This document shows, one piece after another, positions 57,836 to 64,000 of a stretch of DNA of 64,000 nt. The notes below the pieces were generated by a model that was given only the letters and a program-made list of their open reading frames with translations, did not search any database and had not been told where the DNA came from. The DNA comes from Verrucomicrobiota bacterium. GTDB taxonomy: Bacteria > Verrucomicrobiota > Verrucomicrobiia > Limisphaerales > CANJSG01. Every line of letters starts with the position of its first letter. The stretch's first letter is position 1. The position numbers and the translations under genes were made by a program. Location: the NCBI GenBank assembly GCA_043744715.1, contig JAYTUE010000214.1:41332-105331 (forward strand), given 5' to 3'.

Positions 57836-58462
57836 TCAGGCGCCGTTGCCCTTGCTGCCCCGTCGACGAGTTTCATGCACCTGTCTCGCATCCAGCTCCT
57901 GCCGCATCCGGGCCACGGCATTGGTGGAATAGGGAACTGTCCCGTCGCTTGCCTTCTGGAGCGCAAGCCGAAGGCGATCCATCATCTCCGAGTTCGATTT
58001 AACGCAAAGCCCCCAACCATCACCCATAACCGCATGGCAGTGCTGCTCTGAGCGTTGATGGCTGTCGGCCGGACAGAAGAGGAGGAGCGCTTTGGTCTCC
58101 TTTGCCACAGATGTGGGCAACCCATCGCCGACGAAAACGAAGCCAATGGAACCATCCTTGAAGAAAGCTTCTGGACACGCTGACGAAAACGAAGCCAACC
58201 ATTCTGCGGAGTGGTCGGATATTGGAGCCATGGCCAAGAATGCTCTCCGTGTGTCCGTCTCGGTCGGGAAGTTCGTCGCTGATTCTGCGAAAAAGAGCAG
58301 ACCCAACTTCAGCTGAATCACATGATTCGCGCAGCTTGAGACAAGGTGCTTATCGCTTGGCCATCGGTCCCGGACGAAAGCAAACCAGCCAACGACTGCT
58401 ATAGCCAAAACAAACGGTGCGGCTATGGCGGCCTTACGTCTCTTGGTGAACTTGGCGGCCAT
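57836..58462 (-). CDS. Hypothetical membrane-anchored protein in a low-GC segment
   Basis: 208 aa. N-terminal anchor KRRKAAIAAPFVLAIAVVGWFAF. SCANHVIQLKLGLLFF and HAVMGDGWG faintly recall DUF1559 / H-X9-DG pseudopilin-like proteins, but there is no prepilin motif. The start is 6 nt after the kinase stop. Confidence 0.5.
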   Translation of the reverse strand: MAAKFTKRRKAAIAAPFVLAIAVVGWFAFVRDRWPSDKHLVSSCANHVIQLKLGLLFFAESATNFPTETDTRRAFLAMAPISDHSAEWLASFSSACPEAFFKDGSIGFVFVGDGLPTSVAKETKALLLFCPADSHQRSEQHCHAVMGDGWGLCVKSNSEMMDRLRLALQKASDGTVPYSTNAVARMRQELDARQVHETRRRGSKGNGA

Positions 58463-58468
58463 GAGCGT

Positions 58469-59452
58469 TCACCCCTCCAGCACCTTCGTGCCCTGGAAGT
58501 CGAAGCGGAAGCGGACTTCGGTGAGGCCGGCCTGGCGCATGGCGTGGCGGAGCTTCGCCTTGTCCTCGTCGGCGTAGAACATGAGGAAGCCGCCGCCGCC
58601 CGCACCGATGATCTTGCCGCCGAGGGCGCCGCTGGCCCGGGCGGTCTCATACCACTGGTCGATCTGGCCGTTGCTCATGTTGCCGCTGCGCTCCTTCTTG
58701 CGCTGCCAATGCACGTCCATGAGCCGGGCGAACTCGCGCAGGTCGCCCTTCTCCATGGCGGCGGCGCTCTGCCGGCCGAGGTCCTTGATGAAATGCAGGT
58801 TCTCCAGCATCGCCTGGTCGTCCTGCTTCGACTTGTCGTGCTGTTCCTTGAGGATGGACGAGGCGGAACGGCTGTAGCCGGTGAAGAAGAGGAGGAGGTT
58901 GTCTTCGAGGTTGTAGAGCGTCTCCTCGGAGAGCTTGAGGGGCCAGGCCTTGACGTTGCCGTCCTTCTGGAACTCGAAGCAGGTGATGCCGCCGTAGGCC
59001 GCGATGTATTGGTCCTGTTTGCCGATGGGTTCGCGCAGGCGGTTGAGCTCGATGTAGCAGGCCTGGGCGGCGAGTTCAGCCGGATGGACGAGGTTCTTCT
59101 TGAAGCTGTGGAGGGCCTTCAACAGCGAAGTCGTGAAGCTGCCCGAGGAACCGAGCCCCGTGCCGGCCGGGATGTCGGCCATGCTGGTCATCTCCAGATA
59201 CGGGCCTTCCACGCCCACGAGGTCGAAGGCTTCGCGGATGATCGGGTGTTCGATCTGTTTGGCTGAGGCGACGCGTTCGAGCTTGGAATACTTCACGATC
59301 AGGTCCGGCACGAAGGTCTGGTGCAGGGTCGTGTAGATATACTTGTCGATGGCGGCGGCGACGAGGAAGCCGCCGTGGCGTTCGTAGTAGGAGGGAAGAT
59401 CGGTGCCGCCGCCGCCGAGGCTGATGCGAAGAGGGGAGCGCGTGATGATCAT
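58469..59452 (-). CDS. GHMP-family sugar kinase, HddA-like (D-glycero-alpha-D-manno-heptose 7-phosphate kinase type)
   Basis: The last 327 aa of ORF 58469..60724. MIITRSPLRISLGGGGTDLPSYY, the GHMP motif PAGTGLGSSGSF, and GGKIIGAGGGGFLMF. Confidence 0.8.
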   Translation of the reverse strand: MIITRSPLRISLGGGGTDLPSYYERHGGFLVAAAIDKYIYTTLHQTFVPDLIVKYSKLERVASAKQIEHPIIREAFDLVGVEGPYLEMTSMADIPAGTGLGSSGSFTTSLLKALHSFKKNLVHPAELAAQACYIELNRLREPIGKQDQYIAAYGGITCFEFQKDGNVKAWPLKLSEETLYNLEDNLLLFFTGYSRSASSILKEQHDKSKQDDQAMLENLHFIKDLGRQSAAAMEKGDLREFARLMDVHWQRKKERSGNMSNGQIDQWYETARASGALGGKIIGAGGGGFLMFYADEDKAKLRHAMRQAGLTEVRFRFDFQGTKVLEG

Positions 59453-59512
59453 GGCTGGCCGGAAAGGTGCGAAGGACGGCGGGCGAAAGGCAAGTGCGGG
59501 GATGAGGCCGAA

Positions 59513-59589
59513 CCTCGTTCTCGTCCTCGACCTCGTTCTCCTTCTCGGCGGATTTCGAGAAAGAGATGGAGAAGGAGGATGAGAATGAG
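59513..59589. repeat. Imperfect palindrome built from CTCNTT-like hexamers
   Basis: CCTCGTTCTCGTCCTCGACCTCGTTCTCCTTCTC-ggcggatttc-GAGAAAGAGATGGAGAAGGAGGATGAGAATGAG. It is followed by a GCCCTACC-type end (..GGCAGCGACCGCCCTACC) next to the DUF1501 stop. Confidence 0.75.
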
Positions 59590-59616
59590 ATGCGGGCGGC
59601 AGCGACCGCCCTACCA

Positions 59617-61056
59617 TCAGGCGATCAGCTTCTTCACCAGCTCCCCATGGATGTCGGTCAGGCGGAAGTCGCGGCCCTCGAAGCGGTGGGTGAAGCGGGT
59701 GTGCTCGATGCCGAGCAGGTGGAGCATTGTGGCGTGCAGGTCGTGCACCGAGACGGGATCGGAGACGATGTTGTAGCCGAAGTCGTCGGTCTGGCCGAGC
59801 ACGAGTCCGGGTTTCACACCGCCGCCCGCCATCCAGAGCGAGAAGCAGCGCGGGTGATGATCGCGGCCGAAGCTGGTCTTGGTGATGTCGCCTTGAGAAT
59901 AGGCCGTGCGGCCAAATTCTCCGCCCCAGATGACCAGGGTGTCGTCGAGCAGGCCGCGTTGTTTGAGATCCTTGACTAGGGCGGCGCTGGCTTTGTCCGT
60001 GTTCTTCGTCTGGCTCTTGATGCCGTCGGGCAAGCCGCCGTGGTGGTCCCAGTCGCGATGGCAAAGCTGGACGAAGCGCACGCCGCGTTCGGCCAGGCGC
60101 CGCGCGAGCAGGCAGTTGTTGGCGAAGGACGATTTGCCCGGTTCCGCGCCGTAGGCCTCGAGGACCTCCTTGGGTTCCTTCGCGAGGTCCATCAGGTCCG
60201 GCACGCTCGTCTGCATGCGGAAGGCGAGTTCGTAGTTCTCGATGTGCGTGGCGATGTCGGGATCGCCGAGCGCGCCGAGCTGACGGCGGTTGAACTCCTG
60301 CATCGAGTCGAGCAGCTGCCGGCGGGCGCTGCCGCTGAGACCGGGCGGGTTCGAGACGTAGAGCACGGGATCGCCCTGGCTGCGGAGCTGCACGCCCTGG
60401 AAGTTGCCGGGAAGGAATCCGTTTCCCCAGTAGCGCGTTTGCAACGACTGGCCGCCGCTGCCGCTCACGAGGACGACGTAGGCCGGAAGGTTCTGGTTCT
60501 CGCTGCCGAGGCCGTAGGCGAGCCACGCGCCCATCGTCGGCCGGCCGGGCTGCTGGTTGCCCGTGCCGAAGAAGGTGACGGCCGGATCGTGGTTGATCGG
60601 GTCGGTGTGCATGGAGCGGATCAGCGCGATGTCGTCCACGATGCCGCCGATGTTCGGGATCATGCTGCTCAGCTCGACGCCGGACTTGCCGTAGCGCTGG
60701 AAGTCGAAAGCGGGACCGACGCACTTGAGGACGGACTGGCCCGCCGTCATGCCGGTGATGCGCTGGCCCATGCGGACGCTGGGCGGCAATTCCTCGCCGG
60801 TCATCTCCTTGAGCTTCGGCTTGTGGTCGAAGAGGTCGAGGTGTGAGGGCGCGCCGGACTGGAAGAGGTAGATGACGCGTTTGGCCTTGGGCGCGAAGTG
60901 GAGCGTCTTGAGCGCGCCGCCGGCTCCGGACGGAGCCGGAGCCGCACCGAAGAGGGACGGCTGGAACAACGTGGCGAGCGCCATCGCACCCAGCCCGGTC
61001 GTGCTGCGGGTGAGGAAGGCGCGGCGGGTCAGGATCTTTTCGATGTCGGGCTGCAT
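59617..61056 (-). CDS. DUF1501-domain protein (sulfatase-like fold), Tat-exported
   Basis: 479 aa. Twin-arginine signal LTRRAFLTRSTTGLGAMALA. HFAPKAKRVIYLFQSGAPSHLDLFD and WDHHG are typical of DUF1501. Confidence 0.85.
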   Translation of the reverse strand: MQPDIEKILTRRAFLTRSTTGLGAMALATLFQPSLFGAAPAPSGAGGALKTLHFAPKAKRVIYLFQSGAPSHLDLFDHKPKLKEMTGEELPPSVRMGQRITGMTAGQSVLKCVGPAFDFQRYGKSGVELSSMIPNIGGIVDDIALIRSMHTDPINHDPAVTFFGTGNQQPGRPTMGAWLAYGLGSENQNLPAYVVLVSGSGGQSLQTRYWGNGFLPGNFQGVQLRSQGDPVLYVSNPPGLSGSARRQLLDSMQEFNRRQLGALGDPDIATHIENYELAFRMQTSVPDLMDLAKEPKEVLEAYGAEPGKSSFANNCLLARRLAERGVRFVQLCHRDWDHHGGLPDGIKSQTKNTDKASAALVKDLKQRGLLDDTLVIWGGEFGRTAYSQGDITKTSFGRDHHPRCFSLWMAGGGVKPGLVLGQTDDFGYNIVSDPVSVHDLHATMLHLLGIEHTRFTHRFEGRDFRLTDIHGELVKKLIA

Positions 61057-61057
61057 A

Positions 61058-61465
61058 TCAGGTCCATGGATCGAGAACGGCGACTCCGGCCCGGCCGAAG
61101 TCCGAGGCGTTCCGGCTCACCACGGTCAGGCTGTGCTCCAAAGCCGTGGCGGCAATGAGGGAATCGATGGCCGGAAGCGGATCGGGTAACGAACCCACAA
61201 GCCGTCCCCAACGGACTGCCACCTTGACGTCGATTTCCAGAACCCGGTTCCCGAACCATGTGGGGACATCGCTCCTAACCCAGCGTTCCAATCGTTGTCG
61301 TCTGGCCTTGTCTGTAACCTTCGCCAAGCCCTTCTCCAATTCGCCAAGCGTCAGGACGCTGACATGCAGCTCATCTTGATTGGCCAACAACCATGCGCTG
61401 ACTTTCGGATTCGGAGCCCTGTGGCTCAGTTCCGAGATGACATTGGTGTCGACAAGCCAACTCAT
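61058..61465 (-). CDS. vapC: PIN-domain toxin VapC
   Basis: 135 aa. The N-terminal WLVDTNVISEL and the later acidic residues (LGELE, AIDSLIAATA) fit a PIN domain. 4-nt overlap with the antitoxin gene. Confidence 0.8.
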   Translation of the reverse strand: MSWLVDTNVISELSHRAPNPKVSAWLLANQDELHVSVLTLGELEKGLAKVTDKARRQRLERWVRSDVPTWFGNRVLEIDVKVAVRWGRLVGSLPDPLPAIDSLIAATALEHSLTVVSRNASDFGRAGVAVLDPWT

Positions 61466-61707
61466 AGCTTCACGTCTCGTGAAAAGCTCTTGTCTCTCGA
61501 CAGGTCGAGTTCAACGCCGCGCAGCGGCTCGAACAGGTCGATGATGCTCTTCTTGCGGGCCTTGGTTTTGCGAAACTCCGCCGCCGCGACCACCACCACC
61601 ACCGGTTCGCCATGCCGCGTCACGGTCTGCGGGCCTTGGGTCAACGCGTTCTCGACCACCAGGCTGAACTGGTTCTTCGCCTCCTGAAGCTGCCACGTGT
61701 TCTTCAT
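61462..61707 (-). CDS. Phd/YefM-type antitoxin
   Basis: 81 aa. WQLQEAKNQFSLVVENALTQGPQTVTRHGEPVVVVV matches the Phd/YefM N-terminal fold pattern. Confidence 0.7.
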   Translation of the reverse strand: MKNTWQLQEAKNQFSLVVENALTQGPQTVTRHGEPVVVVVAAAEFRKTKARKKSIIDLFEPLRGVELDLSRDKSFSRDVKL

Positions 61708-61758
61708 TGTGCAGATGGTCTCATGGCTATTCTGGCTAGGCTAGCCAGACTTTGGCGC

Positions 61759-63999
61759 CTACTTGGTAATGGCCTCGTTCAGGTTGAGCAGCACGTTCGC
61801 CACGGCGGTCATGGCGGCGAGTTCGGCCTTGTCGATGGACGTGGGCGCGGGCGACTCGCCGACCTTGAGCAGCGCCTCGGCCGACTTGGGATCGCTTTGG
61901 AAGTTGGTGAGCTGCTGGTCGAATGTCTTTTTCAGCAGCGCCGTTTCCTCGGGTTGCGGCGGGCGTCCGAGCGTGTGGCGGAAGGCGAGCACGAGACGGC
62001 GGTTCAAGTCGGAGGGCGCTTCGGCGAAGACGCGCTGGGCCAGGCCGCGCGCGGCTTCGACGTAGGCCGGATCGTTCATGAGCACGAGCGACTGGAGCGG
62101 CGTCTGCGTGCGTTGGCGGAGGAAGGTGCAGACCTCGCGGTTCGGCGCGTCGAACGTGGCGAAGGACGGATAATGCGCCGAGCGCCGCCAGAAGACATAG
62201 AGGCCGCGCCGGTAGAGATCGCCGCCCTTGTCCTGCTTGTAGGTAGCGTCCACGCCGTCCCAGATGCCGGGCGGCTGGTAGGGCTTCACGCTGGCGCCGC
62301 CGATCTTCGAGTTGAGCAGGCCGGAGACGGCCAGCGCGTTGTCGCGGATGAACTCGGCGTCGAGCCGCACGCGCGGCCCACGGGTGAGGAGCCGGTTGTA
62401 GGGGTCCTTCTCCAGCTTCTCCGGAGACACGGCCGCCGACTGCCGATAGGCCGCGCTGGTGACCATCATGCGGATCAGCCCCTTCACATCCCATGCGCCG
62501 ACAACCTTTGAATCTTTCATTCTCAATTTTTCATTGAGCGGGGCTCCATCGCGGAACTGCACCGCGAGCCAATCCAGCAGTTCGGGATGGCTGGGCCATT
62601 CGCCTTGCGAGCCGAAGTCGTTCGCGGTCTTCACGAGGCCGTTGCTGAAGAGCATGGCCCAATAGCGGTTCACGGTGACGCGGGCGGCGAGCGGATTCTC
62701 TTTCGAGACCAGCCATCGCGCGAGGGTCAGACGATTCGTCGGGCCTGGTGGAAGAGCCGGAAGGAAGGCGGGCGTCGCGGCCGCGACCTTCTCGCCCTTG
62801 GTCCGGAAGTCGCCGCGCACGAGCACGAAGGTGTCCCGCGGCGGATCCATCTCCTCCATGATGAGCGACGACGGGATCTGGGTGTAGAAGGCGTCCTTGG
62901 ACTTCTTCGCATCGGCCAGGCTCTTCTCGGCGCGGATGAAGTCGACGGCATGGGTTTCCTTGTAGAAGCGCGCGAGGTCCGTGCGTTCCTCGGCGGAACG
63001 TTTGCCGCGCGAGCGGTTGATGATCGGCAGGTAGGAATCGAAGACGAGCAGGCGAACATCCTCGGCCGCCAAGGCGCGGTCGTAGATGCGGACGTCGTCG
63101 ATCGATCCGGTGAAGGGGAACTGGGCGTTGCGCGAACCGATGCGGATGGGTTCCGAGTTCGTGATGGAACCCTTCAGCTGGTCCTTCTGCACCTCCACCT
63201 CGAGGAGCCTGCTGTTGACGTAGAGCTTCACGCCGGCGGCCTTGGCCGAACCGTCATGAGTGGCGAAGACGTGGAGCCACTGGTTCGCGGGCAGGACTTC
63301 TTTCGTGCGGACCTTGAGCGCGTCGTCCGGCCACTTCGCGACGAGGTGCAGCTCCAGTTTGGATTCGCTGACGAGCAGGTCGTAGCCGCGATAACCCGGC
63401 TCCTTCTCGATCCGGCTGAGGACGGTGCCGTCCTTGCCCTGGAACTTGATCCACGCGCCGTAGCTGAAGGTGTTTGTCCGGTCGAAGGAGACGCCCGGCA
63501 CCAGTGCGACATGCGTCTTGCCGTCGAGCTTGAGAGCCTTTCCGACGCGGCCTTCGGCGAACTCGACCGCGTTCGTCCCGGTGAACTTTCCCGACAACTT
63601 GGCGAACCCGTTGGTCGCGGTGCCGTCCAGGGTTTCATCGAACGACAAGACAGCTCGCAACCCGGCCGGGTTTGGCTTCGTGGGCGGCGTCTCGACGACT
63701 TCGCGTTCCCACTTCTCCTGGGTTTCGCCGAGTTCGTTGATGCGGTCGGCCAGCGTCTTCTCGGCGTCCTTCTGGCGGAAGTCGGCCTCGACGAACTTCA
63801 TGGCCTGCTCGGGCGTCGGCACCGGCAGGCGCGGCGGCGGGTTGTCGGTGCGGATGCGGTCGAGGCCCTTCTCCGGCACGTTGTGGAAGAACGCGTAGAA
63901 TCGGTAGAAATCCTTCGCCGTGATCGGATCGTATTTGTGGTCGTGGCACTCGGTGCAGCCGACGGTGAGTCCGAGCCAGACGGTGCCGACGGTGTTCAC
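61759..63999 (-). CDS. PSD1/DUF1549/DUF1553-family protein with an inserted LamG-like domain, N-terminus outside the window
   Basis: The 746-aa partial ORF runs to the window edge. CTECHDHKYDPITAKDFYRFYAFFHN marks the DUF1549 end. LamG-like segment ...TGSIDDVRIYDRAL. The DUF1553 C-terminal region includes NVLLNLNEAITK. Confidence 0.85.
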   Translation of the reverse strand: MNTVGTVWLGLTVGCTECHDHKYDPITAKDFYRFYAFFHNVPEKGLDRIRTDNPPPRLPVPTPEQAMKFVEADFRQKDAEKTLADRINELGETQEKWEREVVETPPTKPNPAGLRAVLSFDETLDGTATNGFAKLSGKFTGTNAVEFAEGRVGKALKLDGKTHVALVPGVSFDRTNTFSYGAWIKFQGKDGTVLSRIEKEPGYRGYDLLVSESKLELHLVAKWPDDALKVRTKEVLPANQWLHVFATHDGSAKAAGVKLYVNSRLLEVEVQKDQLKGSITNSEPIRIGSRNAQFPFTGSIDDVRIYDRALAAEDVRLLVFDSYLPIINRSRGKRSAEERTDLARFYKETHAVDFIRAEKSLADAKKSKDAFYTQIPSSLIMEEMDPPRDTFVLVRGDFRTKGEKVAAATPAFLPALPPGPTNRLTLARWLVSKENPLAARVTVNRYWAMLFSNGLVKTANDFGSQGEWPSHPELLDWLAVQFRDGAPLNEKLRMKDSKVVGAWDVKGLIRMMVTSAAYRQSAAVSPEKLEKDPYNRLLTRGPRVRLDAEFIRDNALAVSGLLNSKIGGASVKPYQPPGIWDGVDATYKQDKGGDLYRRGLYVFWRRSAHYPSFATFDAPNREVCTFLRQRTQTPLQSLVLMNDPAYVEAARGLAQRVFAEAPSDLNRRLVLAFRHTLGRPPQPEETALLKKTFDQQLTNFQSDPKSAEALLKVGESPAPTSIDKAELAAMTAVANVLLNLNEAITK

Positions 64000-64000
64000 G

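Noticed and set aside
58469-60724. A 751-aa ORF apparently spanning the kinase gene and most of DUF1501.
   Set aside because: Its first ~420 aa are an out-of-frame Arg/Pro-rich read through the DUF1501 gene and the intergenic palindrome. The GHMP kinase homology starts at MIITRSPLRISLGGGG (ATG 59452).
1-64000. tRNA, rRNA, tmRNA, riboswitch, prophage, integrase or transposase genes.
   Set aside because: Scanning the intergenic regions by eye, I saw no T-loop/acceptor-type sequences and no rRNA-like segments. No ORF has DDE, tyrosine or serine recombinase motifs. A covariance-model scan (tRNAscan-SE, Infernal) is needed to be sure.

Overview
High-GC bacterial chromosomal window. The gene content looks like Verrucomicrobiota/Planctomycetota: a PSD1/DUF1553 + DUF1501 pair, DUF1080, two ThuA genes, a TIGR03067-like tail and many exported proteins. 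I call about 60 protein-coding genes. I found no rRNA, tRNA, CRISPR array, transposase or integrase. Housekeeping content: System II cytochrome c biogenesis (ccsB/ccsA), clpS and aat, recF, prmC, argH, an ABC-2 exporter, three HtrA-family genes and an ECF sigma/anti-sigma pair. Accessory content: a ThuA/DUF1080/TIM-barrel sugar cluster, a GDP-heptose-type pathway split over two loci, a run of four methyltransferase genes, a large repeat-domain surface protein, GH32, a DsrE/F/H-like trio, and amidohydrolase modules. Best-supported unusual observations: (1) A PanA(DUF4065)/RelE-like toxin-antitoxin cassette sits between two 105-nt direct repeats that are both the 5' end of the HddC-like nucleotidyltransferase gene. 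It leaves a 45-codon stub, and the differences between the repeats are almost all synonymous. (2) A vapBC pair is wedged inside the DUF1553-DUF1501 operon. (3) The window is dense in small non-autonomous repeats: MITE-like elements with terminal inverted repeats, one flanked by a 14-bp direct repeat, one nested insertion with a target duplication, and GAT-phased heptanucleotide arrays. One heptamer array lies in frame inside a CDS and another supplies a start codon. (4) clpS, a DUF2017-like ORF and aat form a tightly coupled operon. (5) An active HtrA is paired with an apparently catalytically dead HtrA-like PDZ protein, just downstream of a compact DsrE/F/H-like trio. CDS coordinates are anchored to the ORF track. 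Coordinates of repeats and hairpins were counted by eye and may be off by 1-3 nt. All family assignments rest on remembered motifs, not on searches.
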